The translations under genes and the position numbers were made by a program. The notes beneath the pieces are model-generated. The model was not told the DNA's origin. It saw only the letters and a program-made list of their open reading frames with translations, and did no database searches. Shown here one piece after another: positions 1 to 9,321 of a stretch of 64,000 nucleotides of DNA. This DNA comes from an uncultured Acidobacteriota bacterium (GTDB lineage Bacteria; Acidobacteriota; Vicinamibacteria; Fen-336). Every line of letters starts with the position of its first letter. The stretch's first letter is position 1. The stretch lies in contig OY970399.1 of the NCBI GenBank assembly GCA_963720545.1, positions 1,824,001-1,888,000 of the forward strand, read 5' to 3'.

Positions 1-846
1 CTGCATGCCGATCATGAAGAACACGACGCTCTCGAGCAGGAACTGGATGGTGACCCAGTTGGTGCGCTCGCTGACCCGCGAGGCAGCGCTCTGGATAATG
101 GCCGCCTTGTGCGCCAGCAGCACCCCGGCAACCACCACCGCGAGCACGCCCGAGGCGTGCACCCTCTCGGCGGCGAGGTACGCGACGAACGGCGTCAGCA
201 GCGACAGCGAGGTGTCGAACACCGGGTCGGTGACGCGCCTGCGAATCAGCGCGCCGAGCCAGGCCACCGCGGCGCCCAGCAGGAAGCCGCCGCCGGCGGC
301 GCGCGCGAAGTCGAGGAGGATCGCGGAAGCACTGACGGCGCCGGCCAGCGCAGCGAGCGCGGTGCGCAGGGCCACCAGCGCGGTCGCGTCGTTGAGGAGC
401 GATTCGCCCTCGAGCAGGGTGACGACACGGCGCGGCAGGCCGATGCGCCTTGCGATCGAGGTCGCGGCCACGGCGTCGGGCGGCGCCACCACGGCGCCGA
501 GCGCGACACCCGCGGCGAACGGGATGCCGAGCAGCCACCAGGCGAGCGCGCCCACTGCGAACGCACTGGCGAGCACCAGCACCACCGACAGGTACACGAT
601 CGACGCGCGGTTCGCGCGGATGTCGAGCAGCGAGGTCTTGATGGCCGCGGCGTAGAGCAGCGGCGGCAGCAGGCCGAAGAGCACCACTTCCGAGCGCATG
701 TGCACTTCGGGAACCCCCGGCAGGAACGACGCGAGGATGCCTGCGATGGTGAGTGCCAGCGGCGCCGAGACCTTGCAGCGGCGCGCCAGCGCCGCGATCG
801 CGGCGACCACCGTGAAGAGCGCGACGAGCGCGATGGCGTAGTTCAA
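1..846 (-). CDS. Na+/H+ antiporter, CPA1 family (3' end runs off the window)
   Basis: Not in the ORF track; read by hand on the minus strand from TTG at 846: MNYAIALVALFTVVAAIAALARR...LFGLLPPLLYAAA...AERVHASGVLAVVVAG...WVTIQFLLESVVFFMIGMQ. Multi-TM protein with CPA1-type LLPPLLY and SGVLAVV motifs. Confidence 0.85.
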   Translation of the reverse strand, partial: MNYAIALVALFTVVAAIAALARRCKVSAPLALTIAGILASFLPGVPEVHMRSEVVLFGLLPPLLYAAAIKTSLLDIRANRASIVYLSVVLVLASAFAVGALAWWLLGIPFAAGVALGAVVAPPDAVAATSIARRIGLPRRVVTLLEGESLLNDATALVALRTALAALAGAVSASAILLDFARAAGGGFLLGAAVAWLGALIRRRVTDPVFDTSLSLLTPFVAYLAAERVHASGVLAVVVAGVLLAHKAAIIQSAASRVSERTNWVTIQFLLESVVFFMIGMQ

Positions 847-871
847 GGGAGCCCCAGCGCCGCGAGTGGTC

Positions 872-1603
872 CTAGAACAATCGCCCCACGTAGAGGTCCA
901 TCTGCCGCTTCCAGTACGGCCAGTCGTGGCCGCCGTCGGGTCCCCAGTCGTCGAGGCTGTGGCGGATGCCGCGCTTGTTCAGGACCTCGTGCATGCGATA
1001 GGTCGGGCCGCTGTCCTCGTAGGGCCCGCAGCCGGTGGCGAGATGGATGTCGCACTGGCCGAGCAAATGCAGGAAGTAGCCGTCGTCGAGGTTCGAGATG
1101 TAGTCGACCGGCGAGTTGAAATAGAAGTTGTCGTCGAAGTCGCCGTCCATGAAGCGCCGCATGTCGTAGACACCCGAGAGCGCCAGGCAGCGCTTGAAGC
1201 TCTCTGGATGCTTGAAGACGGTGTTGGCCGCGTGGTAGCCGCCGAACGACGCGCCGGTGGTGGTGATGGCGACGCCCGGCGTGCGGCAATGGTCGGCGAT
1301 GAACGGCGCCACCTCGAAGGCGATGTAGGCGTCGTACATCGCCTGCATGTAACTGCGGTGCCGCGGGTGCGCCTTCTTGTTGTACCAGGACTCGTTGTTG
1401 AAGGAGTCGACGCAATAGAACTTCACGCGCCCGGCATCGATGTGATGCGCGAGCGCGCCGATCATGCCCTGGCCTTCGTACTCGCGCTCGTCTCCGCCGC
1501 TCGTGGGAAAGGCGAGGATCGGGGCGCCGTAGTGCCCGTACACCCGGATCCTCATCTCGCGTCCCAGTCGGGACGAGTGCCAGCCGTGTTGTTCCTGGTT
1601 CAT
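872..1603 (-). CDS. putative esterase (alpha/beta hydrolase fold)
   Basis: GASFGG nucleophile elbow, YGHYGAPILAFPTSGG, C-terminal GHDWPYW. Start placed at the ATG of MNQEQHGW. Confidence 0.8.
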   Translation of the reverse strand: MNQEQHGWHSSRLGREMRIRVYGHYGAPILAFPTSGGDEREYEGQGMIGALAHHIDAGRVKFYCVDSFNNESWYNKKAHPRHRSYMQAMYDAYIAFEVAPFIADHCRTPGVAITTTGASFGGYHAANTVFKHPESFKRCLALSGVYDMRRFMDGDFDDNFYFNSPVDYISNLDDGYFLHLLGQCDIHLATGCGPYEDSGPTYRMHEVLNKRGIRHSLDDWGPDGGHDWPYWKRQMDLYVGRLF

Positions 1604-1719
1604 GGGCGCCGCTCCGTTTCGAAGGCGGCGATTGTGACCGAAGGCGGCGTCCCCGGGCAAGCGGGGCGGCTGCCGGGCACCGTGCTACGCTGCGCGCCGG
1701 AACGTCGCGGGAGGTCCAG

Positions 1720-2805
1720 GTGAAGGAAGCGCGCTGGCAAGACGTCGGAGCGGCCGCGACGTTCGCCGCGGCCCCGGTGTCGGAAGTGAAGGTAGACAAG
1801 CTGGTCCTCGCCATCACCCATAAGGACGGCGAGTTCGGCGCCGTGTCCGGCGTCTGCAACCACGCCGGCGGCCCGCTGGGTCAGGGCCGACTGGACGGCG
1901 ACTTCATCGTCTGCCCCTGGCACTACTGGAAGTTCCACCGCACCGAGGGCACCGGCGAGCCCGGCTACGAGGCCGACCGCGTGCCGCGTCACGAGGTGCG
2001 CGTCGTTGACGGCCGCCTGCTCGTCAACCTCGAGCCGGCTACGACCCGCCACAAGCAGCCGCACGACCCGCACCCGCTGGCGCGTCCGCTGCAACGTGCC
2101 GCCGGTCCGGTGCGCGTCGCCGGCATCTCGACGACGGCCATGGACCCGGCCAACCCGCGTTACTCGGGTTCGGACGACCTGCTGGGAGTGGCGCTCGAAC
2201 ACGCCGCCGCCGGCGGAGCCGAGACGCGCATGCTGCGCCTGTATCAGCTCACGTTCCGCAACTGCGAGGGTTTCTACTCGAAGGCGGCGCGCGCCTGCAC
2301 CTGGCCATGCTCCATCACGCAGATGGACCCGAACGACCAGCTGGACCGGGTCTACGAAGCGCTGGTCCATTGGGCCGACGTCATCCTGGTCGCGACGCCG
2401 ATCCGCTGGGGCTCGGCGAGCTCGCTCTACTTCAAGATGGCCGAACGCATGAACTGCATCCAGAACCAGGTGACGACCCACGACCGCGTCCTCATCCGCA
2501 ACAAGGTCGCCGCGTTCATCATCGTCGGCGGCCAGGACAACGTGCAGGGCGTGGCCGGTTCCATGCTCGGCTTCTTCGCCGAAATCGGCTTCTCGTTTCC
2601 ACAGTTCCCCTACGTCGCGCACTCGCGCGGCTGGTCGGCCGAGGACATGGAGAACAACGTCGCGGCGATCAAGGCGAGCACGGCGCTGCGCGCAGGCTGC
2701 CGCGAACTCGCGAGCCGCTCGGTGGCGCTGGCGCAGACGCTCGTGGACGCCGCGGCGCCGCCGCAGCGCATTGCCCGCGGCGGCCGCAAGGCGCAGCGCG
2801 ACTAG
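1720..2805 (+). CDS. Rieske [2Fe-2S] domain fused to a flavodoxin-like NAD(P)H-dependent FMN reductase / iron-sulfur flavoprotein domain
   Basis: CNHAGGPL and CPWH Rieske motifs; C-terminal ADVILVATPIRWGSASS and NKVAAFIIVGGQDN; GGAGG before the GTG start. Confidence 0.8.
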   Translation: MKEARWQDVGAAATFAAAPVSEVKVDKLVLAITHKDGEFGAVSGVCNHAGGPLGQGRLDGDFIVCPWHYWKFHRTEGTGEPGYEADRVPRHEVRVVDGRLLVNLEPATTRHKQPHDPHPLARPLQRAAGPVRVAGISTTAMDPANPRYSGSDDLLGVALEHAAAGGAETRMLRLYQLTFRNCEGFYSKAARACTWPCSITQMDPNDQLDRVYEALVHWADVILVATPIRWGSASSLYFKMAERMNCIQNQVTTHDRVLIRNKVAAFIIVGGQDNVQGVAGSMLGFFAEIGFSFPQFPYVAHSRGWSAEDMENNVAAIKASTALRAGCRELASRSVALAQTLVDAAAPPQRIARGGRKAQRD

Positions 2806-3167
2806 CGGCTGGCGGACCGCCGCCGTTTCGCGGCGCTCGACACGGCGCTCGAGGCGGCAGCGGAAACGCCGGCAACCAGTGCCGCCTTGCCCGCGGTCTT
2901 CAGCCCCCTGCCGACCTTCTGCATCGTCTTGCGGCGGCGGCGCTGCGCAGCCGCGCGCTTGACCCCCGCGCGCCCGCCCTTGATCGCGTCGGCGATCCTG
3001 CCGGCAGCTTGCTTCACACTCGCAGCCGAACTGCTGGCCGCACGGCCAGCGGCGACCGCAGCCGCCGCCGTCTTCCTGCCGGTGCGCACCGCCTTGCCCG
3101 CCAGGCGTCCCGCCGACTCAGCTATCTCGACGGCGCGCGTCTTCTTCTTCTTTCTTCCCAGAACCAT
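2802..3167 (-). CDS. small, highly basic Ala/Lys/Arg-rich hypothetical protein
   Basis: 121-aa ORF with AGGAG upstream, following the GMC pair on the same strand; no recognisable domain. Confidence 0.6.
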   Translation of the reverse strand: MVLGRKKKKTRAVEIAESAGRLAGKAVRTGRKTAAAAVAAGRAASSSAASVKQAAGRIADAIKGGRAGVKRAAAQRRRRKTMQKVGRGLKTAGKAALVAGVSAAASSAVSSAAKRRRSASR

Positions 3168-3222
3168 GGAGTCGCTCCTCTGCTTCGAGTGTGCACGCGA
3201 CGAAAGTCGGATTGCAACCGCT

Positions 3223-3834
3223 CTACCGCCGCTTCGACGGCGGCGGCTCGTAGTCTTCAGGTTTCGCGGGCGCCTTGATCGGCGGAAGTGTCGCGACGTC
3301 GGTGCCGGCGAACTCGTTGAGCAGGGTGTTGCCCTGGTACTCCATCTCGTCCTTGAGGCCGATCTTCGACGTGTAGTAGCCGCGGGCGGTGAGGCGCTTC
3401 AGCTCGACGAAGAATTTTTCGCTCGCGGTTGCCGGCGAGGCTTCGGCTTTCGCCAGGTTCTCCAGGATCGCGACCTGCTGCGCGGCTTCGAGCGCGAGAT
3501 ACGGCTTGCCGGCCGACGCCTGCGCGAGGCGCTCGATCTCGGCGAGGCCGCTGCGCCAGAACTCCTGCGCTTCGCGCAACGCCGGAATTGCGGGGTCGTA
3601 TTCGGCGAGCCGGCCGTCTATGAGACCGGCGACGCCGGCCGCGCGCGCGCCGCCCGAATGGGCGTCCGCCGGCAGGATGGTTTCGCTCAGCTGGTCGACG
3701 AGCGCCAGCTCCCCTGCCGTAAAGAACTTGCCCGCGGCGTTGGCCGCGGCTTTTGCTTCGGCGACGCGCGGGAACACCGGAGCGGCCGCGGCGGCAGCAG
3801 CCATCTCGAGGATCTGGCGGCGGGTCAGCCTCAC
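3223..3834 (-). CDS. gluconate 2-dehydrogenase subunit 3 family protein (Tat signal)
   Basis: GTG start overlaps the GMC gene stop (GTGA); TRRQIL twin-arginine signal; ETILPADAHSGGARAAGV and GYYTSKIG motifs. Confidence 0.85.
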   Translation of the reverse strand: MRLTRRQILEMAAAAAAAPVFPRVAEAKAAANAAGKFFTAGELALVDQLSETILPADAHSGGARAAGVAGLIDGRLAEYDPAIPALREAQEFWRSGLAEIERLAQASAGKPYLALEAAQQVAILENLAKAEASPATASEKFFVELKRLTARGYYTSKIGLKDEMEYQGNTLLNEFAGTDVATLPPIKAPAKPEDYEPPPSKRR

Positions 3835-5627
3835 AGCTCGCCCATGCGCGCCTGGTCGGCGAGGTAGTCGCACGAGCGCCAGGCGAGCGCCATGATGGTC
3901 CACGTCGGGTTCTGGCACGAAGCGCTCACGTGCGAGCTGCCGTCCACCACGAACAGGTTGCGCACGTCGTGCGACTGCTGGAACTCGTTCAGCACCGAGG
4001 TCTTCGGGTCGCTGCCCATGCGCGCGGTGCCGAGTTCGTGGATCGACCAGCCTTCGGTGAGCACGCCGCGGCGCAGTCCGGTGATCTCGATGCCCGCCGC
4101 CTCGAACATCTCCTTTGCGGCGTCGGCCATGTCCTCGCACATCTTCTTTTCGTTGTCGCCGAAGCGGAAATTGAAGCGCAGCACCGGGACGCCGTGCTTG
4201 TCGCGCACCTGCGGGTCGAGCGCCACTGAGTTTTCGTAGCGCGCCAGCACCTCGCCGAAACCGCCCATCGAGATGGCCGCGCCGGCCATCTCGCGCATGC
4301 GCTTCTTGTATTCGACGCCGAAGCCCGCGGCCATGTCGCTGTCGTGAAACATCTCGGTGCCGCTGCTGCCCTCGAAACCGTAGCCGCGGATGAAGGCGCC
4401 GCGCGCGCCGGCCTCGAGGTTGCGGAAGCGCGGCACGTAGAACCCGCCGGGGCGCCCGTCGTCGAGAGTGCGCGGCTTGCCGACCAGCTCCTTGACGAAA
4501 CCGGAAACGCCCGGCCCCATGACGTGCTCGCAGAAGTTGTGGCCGACGTGGCCGCTCGAGTTGCCGATGCCGTTTGGGTGCTGGGGTGAGCGCGACAGGA
4601 GCAGCAGGCGCGCCGACTCGAGCGTGGACGCGGCCACTATCACCACGCGTGCCGATACTTCGAGCTCGGCGCCGGTCGTGGCATCGATAAAAGCGACGCC
4701 GCGAGCCTTGCCGGTCGCCGCATCGACGAGGATCTCGCGCGCCACCGAATCGGTGCGCAGCGTCAGGTGGCCGGTGTCGAGTGCTGGATAAATGAGGCCG
4801 GTGGGCGAATCGAAGGCGGCGTGGATGTCGCAGCCGCCGACGCGGCGGTTGCAGGCGCCGCGGCCGAAACAGCGGCTGCGGTACTTGTTGTGCTTCAGGC
4901 CATCGGTCGTGACGCCGGCACGATAAGGCGTGAGCACGCGGCCGGCATGTCCCATCGACTCGCGCAGCTGCACCTCCGCCTTGTTGAGGCGCGTCGCGCG
5001 CTGGAAGCGGCTGTCGGGCAGGTGCGCGAGACCTTCCTTGTGGCCGGATATGCCGAGGTAGTCGTCTACACGGTCGTAGTAGGGCGCGATGTCGGCGTAC
5101 TCGATTGGCCAGTCGTCGCCGTAGCCGTCATGGCTTTTCGCCTTGAAGTCATAGTCGGAAAGGCGCAGTGCGAGCCGCCCCCAGATGTTGGTCTTGCCGC
5201 CGAGCACACGGGCGCGCACCCATGCGTACTGCGTGCCGGTGTAGGGATGGTCCTTCTCCTCGACCACGATGTTCTTGCTGTAGTCGGAGCCGTCCCAGCC
5301 CTGCACGTACGACTGCACGCTCTTCCACGGCTGGTCCTGCGCGTAAGGCGGCTGGCGGATCGTGTACTCGTTGCGCTCGAGCGCGTGCGACGTGTACGGC
5401 ATCTCGCCGCGGCGCGGGTGGTCGTAGGGCCACTGCATCGACTTGAGCTCGCTCTCGATGTCGAGCTTGCGGCCGGCCTCGAGCATCAGCACATCCATGC
5501 CGTGGGAAGTGAGCACGTGCGCGGCCATGCCGCCGGCGGCGCCGGAGCCGACCACGATCGCGTCGTAGCGGCGCTTGAGGTCCACTTCTTTCGCGGTCAA
5601 CGCTGGTGGCGGCTGCGGCCGTGGCAT
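3831..5627 (-). CDS. GMC family oxidoreductase (flavoprotein subunit)
   Basis: DAIVVGSGAAGG FAD-binding motif, RVLGGKTNIWG, Cys cluster, HELGTARMG, NLFVVDGS, NPTWTIMALA. Confidence 0.92.
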   Translation of the reverse strand: MPRPQPPPALTAKEVDLKRRYDAIVVGSGAAGGMAAHVLTSHGMDVLMLEAGRKLDIESELKSMQWPYDHPRRGEMPYTSHALERNEYTIRQPPYAQDQPWKSVQSYVQGWDGSDYSKNIVVEEKDHPYTGTQYAWVRARVLGGKTNIWGRLALRLSDYDFKAKSHDGYGDDWPIEYADIAPYYDRVDDYLGISGHKEGLAHLPDSRFQRATRLNKAEVQLRESMGHAGRVLTPYRAGVTTDGLKHNKYRSRCFGRGACNRRVGGCDIHAAFDSPTGLIYPALDTGHLTLRTDSVAREILVDAATGKARGVAFIDATTGAELEVSARVVIVAASTLESARLLLLSRSPQHPNGIGNSSGHVGHNFCEHVMGPGVSGFVKELVGKPRTLDDGRPGGFYVPRFRNLEAGARGAFIRGYGFEGSSGTEMFHDSDMAAGFGVEYKKRMREMAGAAISMGGFGEVLARYENSVALDPQVRDKHGVPVLRFNFRFGDNEKKMCEDMADAAKEMFEAAGIEITGLRRGVLTEGWSIHELGTARMGSDPKTSVLNEFQQSHDVRNLFVVDGSSHVSASCQNPTWTIMALAWRSCDYLADQARMGEL

Positions 5628-5637
5628 GCGCCGAAGT

Positions 5638-8190
5638 CTACTTCCGGAAGATTCGCGCGTAGCCGCCGGCGACCAGCGCAGAGACGTCCGCCATGATGCG
5701 CGGCAGCCGGAACCCGCCCGGATAGGCGAGGTAGTGCGGCTGCCACTCCGGAAAAAACTTCTCTTTGTAGGCGCGCAACCCCTGGAAGTTGTAGACGGCC
5801 TCGCCGTGCTCGTAGAGAAAGGCGCCGAGCCGTGTCCACAACGACGCGACCGGCGAGCTCTCGAAGCCGGAGAGCGGCGCCATGCCCATGGCGAAGCGGC
5901 GATAGCCGTGTTCCTGTCCCCACTTCATCAAGTGGACGAACAGGCCCTCCATCACCGTGTTCGGCGCGTCGCGGTTGTGGCGCATCAGGTCGATCGACAG
6001 CTCCTGGCCGTCGGGGCCCGGCCAGATGTTCGCAAACGCGACGATGCGCGCGTCGCGCTCGATCACCGCCACCGGAAAGCGGCGCACGTACTCCTCGTCG
6101 AAGAAGCCGAGCGAGAAGCCCTTCTCGGCGCTCGCCTTCTCTTTAAGCCAGTCGTCGGAGATGACGCGCAGGCGCGCCATCGCGTCCGCTACCTCGCCCG
6201 GCTCGAGCACCCGGAACGAGCAACCCTCCTTCTCCAGCCGGCGCAGCGCCTGGCGATGCTTCGCCGCCTGGCTGCCGTCGAGTGTGAACGCGGCGAGATC
6301 CACCTTCGCTTCCTCGCCGAGCTTCACGAACGTGAGGCCGAAGTCGGCGTAGAGGTGCAGCAGCGACTTCCCCACCTCGTAGAACACCGGCACGCCGCCG
6401 TAGTCGTCGCAACGCTCGAGGAAGCGCCGGATCAGGTTCGCGGCTTCCGTCTCCGGCCCGACAGGGTCGCCCAGCGCGACCCAGGTGCGCCCCTGCACCG
6501 CGTACATCACGAAGGCGCTGCGCTCCTCGTTGAAGAAGAGTGCCTTGTCGCGCAGGTAGACGAGGTACGGAAAGGTCGCGCCCTGGGCCGCGATGACGCG
6601 CGCGGCGTCGGCCAGGTCGGCGTCCCCGGGCAGGGGCGCTTCGTGCGGTGCGTAGCGCACCAGCCGCGCCAGGCCGAAGACGGCCACCGTCACCGCGGCG
6701 CCGACCGAGGCGCGCAGGAAGCGCGAGGCCTCGCCGCGCAGCTCGAACTGCCACCACAGCTCGTGCGAATACTCGACGTGCTTGAAGGCGAAGAGCCCGA
6801 GCCAGATCGAGGCGCCGATGGCGCCGACCAGCGCCGCGGTCCAGCTTGCCGAGAAGCGGGTATCGAAGAACGCGGCGCGCCGGTCGAACGCGTGACGGGC
6901 GCGGGTCAGGATCAGCAGCACGATTGCGACCAGGAGCGCTTCCTCGTAGTCGAAGCCTTTCAGGAGCGTCGTCACCATGCCGGCGACCATGACCGCGGCC
7001 GTCAGGTAGTAGGCGGCGTCGAGGCGCCGCGCGACCCCCTGGGACAACACCAGCAAGGCAGCGCCCGCCACGCTCGAGAGGAAATGCGAAGCCTCGATGA
7101 TGCCGATCGGCAGGAAAGAGTCGAGCCACGCCAGCCGGCCCGCGGCGGCGGGGGTCGCACTCGAGAAGAGCAGCACGCAACCGGCGGAGAACACGCACGC
7201 GGCCAGCACCCTTGGCGTGAGCAGTTCCGTCAGCCGTCCGGCCACGGCGCCCGCCCGCGCCACGCTGCGCCGGCGTTGCCACGCCTCGTCGGCCACCAGG
7301 CCGAGGGCGGCGAGCGACAACGGCGCGAGGTAGTAGACGGCCCGGTACACGACGAGCGCCGGCAGCAATGCGCCGGACGTGACATACGGCCTCAGCAGCA
7401 GCACCATCAGCCCTTCGAACACGCCGACGCCGCCCGGCACATGGCTCAGCATGCCGAGGAGCGCAGCCGCCAAGAAGGCGCCGAGGAACCGCAGGTATCC
7501 CGGCTCGCCGGGCGGCAGCAGCACGTACAAGACGCCTCCCGCGAGCGACCAGTCGAGGGCCGAGAGCAGGACCTGCGCTGCCGCGATGCGCACGCCGGGC
7601 AGGGGCAGAGAGAAGCCACCGAACTGCAGCGGCGCGCGCCGCAGCGACGCGAGTGCCACGTACAAGGCCGGCACCAGCATGAATGCGAAGCCGGTGCCGG
7701 CCAGGAGCTCGCCGCCGGGAATCTCATGAAGCGCCTCGGGCGGCCGGGCGGCGAGGCTGAGCCCGCCGAGCAACAGCAGGCCGAGCCAGAACGTCACCGA
7801 ATAGCAAATGATGATGCGCGACAGCTCCTCGAGGGTGACGCCCCAGCGCTTGTAGAAGCGGTAGCGCATGGTCGTCCCGGAGACGAGCGCGAAGCCGACG
7901 TTGTGCGAAACCGCGTAGGCGACGAACGATGCGAACGCCACGCGCGCCCGTGCGATGGGCTTGCCGATGTAGGCGAACGCCAGCAGGTCGTAGCCGGTGA
8001 GCACGAAGTAGTTGGCCGCGGTGAGGATGGCGGCGAGCGCCAGGCGCTGCCACGGCGTTGCCAGCACGTCGCGCACCAGGTCGTGCCAGGAAACCGCGCG
8101 CAGCTCTGTGCGCAGAACGAAAAGGCCCGCTGCGAACAGCGCGAGCCCGAGCAGGACGGGCAGCGCCCGCCGCAGCTTCACGAAACCCAC
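5638..8190 (-). CDS. mprF: bifunctional aminoacyl(lysyl)-phosphatidylglycerol flippase/synthetase MprF
   Basis: 850 aa; N-terminal multi-TM flippase (HVPGGVGVFE) and C-terminal transferase (ALGDPVG, KLGEEA, EKGFSLG, SIDLMR, MGMAPLSG, YNFQGLRAYKEKF). Confidence 0.95.
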   Translation of the reverse strand: MGFVKLRRALPVLLGLALFAAGLFVLRTELRAVSWHDLVRDVLATPWQRLALAAILTAANYFVLTGYDLLAFAYIGKPIARARVAFASFVAYAVSHNVGFALVSGTTMRYRFYKRWGVTLEELSRIIICYSVTFWLGLLLLGGLSLAARPPEALHEIPGGELLAGTGFAFMLVPALYVALASLRRAPLQFGGFSLPLPGVRIAAAQVLLSALDWSLAGGVLYVLLPPGEPGYLRFLGAFLAAALLGMLSHVPGGVGVFEGLMVLLLRPYVTSGALLPALVVYRAVYYLAPLSLAALGLVADEAWQRRRSVARAGAVAGRLTELLTPRVLAACVFSAGCVLLFSSATPAAAGRLAWLDSFLPIGIIEASHFLSSVAGAALLVLSQGVARRLDAAYYLTAAVMVAGMVTTLLKGFDYEEALLVAIVLLILTRARHAFDRRAAFFDTRFSASWTAALVGAIGASIWLGLFAFKHVEYSHELWWQFELRGEASRFLRASVGAAVTVAVFGLARLVRYAPHEAPLPGDADLADAARVIAAQGATFPYLVYLRDKALFFNEERSAFVMYAVQGRTWVALGDPVGPETEAANLIRRFLERCDDYGGVPVFYEVGKSLLHLYADFGLTFVKLGEEAKVDLAAFTLDGSQAAKHRQALRRLEKEGCSFRVLEPGEVADAMARLRVISDDWLKEKASAEKGFSLGFFDEEYVRRFPVAVIERDARIVAFANIWPGPDGQELSIDLMRHNRDAPNTVMEGLFVHLMKWGQEHGYRRFAMGMAPLSGFESSPVASLWTRLGAFLYEHGEAVYNFQGLRAYKEKFFPEWQPHYLAYPGGFRLPRIMADVSALVAGGYARIFRK

Positions 8191-8194
8191 CGCC

Positions 8195-8968
8195 TCAGGG
8201 CGAGACGTTGCTCGTCACCCAATCGATCGCCTCGAGCAGCCGTTTGTCGAACTCGTCGAGGTTGCCGCTGAAGCGGTGGTCCTCGGCGGCGACGATCCAG
8301 AGCTTCTTCGGCTCCCTGGCGGCATCGAACATCTTTTGCACCACCGGCACCGGGATGAATTCGTCGTTGCTCGAGTGAATCGCCGCGATCGGCGCCGGAC
8401 TCACCCCGGCGATCAACGCGGCCGCGCTGAAGGTGGGCTCGTTCGGCACACCGTGCGTCAGGTAGATCACGCTGTCGCGCCAGCGCCAACCGAGCTCGTT
8501 GATGTCGGGCAGCCCCAGGGCGATGACGCCGGCGATCGAGCGGCGCGTGCCGGCGTCGGTCGCCGCCATCACCGCGAGCCCCGCTCCCTCGGATATGCCG
8601 ATCAGGATGGGGCGCTCGCCGGTTGCGGAAGCCGCGTAGTCGGCAAGCACCTTGAAGTCGCCGGGTTCGTCTTCGGGCCGGAGCGTTTCCTTGTCTCTCG
8701 TGAAGCTCTCGAGGTAGGCCCTGGCGTCGAGTCCCACCACGAAGTAGCCCTTGCCCGCCAGGAATTCCGCGGCGTGCGGCGCGAGGTGCATCCATCCGCC
8801 GTCGCCGCTCGCGAGCACCAGAGGCCGGGCGCTTGCGGACCCGTAGAGGTGCAGAACCTGCGGCCGGCCGCGCAGCATGAGGGTGGCCGGCGTCGACGTC
8901 GGTGACGCCGAGCCGGTCGCAGCAGCGAGCAATGCGGCAGCCACGAGGCGCAAGGATGAAGACAGCAT
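8195..8968 (-). CDS. AcvB/VirJ-family aminoacyl-phosphatidylglycerol hydrolase
   Basis: Signal peptide; SGDGGW, VVGLDARAY, LIGISEGA, DHRFSGN; directly upstream of mprF. Start placed at ATG 8968 (alternative 9031). Confidence 0.8.
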   Translation of the reverse strand: MLSSSLRLVAAALLAAATGSASPTSTPATLMLRGRPQVLHLYGSASARPLVLASGDGGWMHLAPHAAEFLAGKGYFVVGLDARAYLESFTRDKETLRPEDEPGDFKVLADYAASATGERPILIGISEGAGLAVMAATDAGTRRSIAGVIALGLPDINELGWRWRDSVIYLTHGVPNEPTFSAAALIAGVSPAPIAAIHSSNDEFIPVPVVQKMFDAAREPKKLWIVAAEDHRFSGNLDEFDKRLLEAIDWVTSNVSP

Positions 8969-9042
8969 CCGTCCGAGCAGTGTAGCGGCCCCCGTCGATT
9001 TGAGGAAAATGAGTAACATCGGGTGCTTCAAGGAGGCGACAC

Positions 9043-9315
9043 GTGCCGCGGTACATCGTCGAGCGCAACTTCAAGGACGGGCTCAACATTCCGGTCAACG
9101 ACCAGGGGGCGCAGGTGTGCCAGGTGGTCGTCGGCAAGAACCTGGAATCGGGCGTGACCTGGATCCACTCGTACGTCAGCGACGACCGGACCAAGACCTT
9201 CTGCGTTTACGACGCCCCGAACCCGGAGGCCATCAAGCGCACGGCCGAGCAGAACAACCTGCCGGCCGACAAGATCACGCAGGTGAGCGTGCTCGACCCG
9301 TACTTCTACAGGTAG
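9043..9315 (+). CDS. DUF4242 domain protein
   Basis: MPRYIVER...VTWIHSYVSDDRTKTFCVYDAPNPEAI...LPADKITQV; AGGAGG upstream. Confidence 0.85.
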   Translation: MPRYIVERNFKDGLNIPVNDQGAQVCQVVVGKNLESGVTWIHSYVSDDRTKTFCVYDAPNPEAIKRTAEQNNLPADKITQVSVLDPYFYR

Positions 9316-9321
9316 GGCGGC

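Noticed and set aside
5575..8271. Very long alternative ORFs (898 aa here, 907 aa at 23774-26497, 1602 aa at 44879-49687, 988 aa at 58682-61648)
   Set aside because: Antisense shadows of well-supported genes; stop codons are rare at this GC content and the translations carry no motifs.
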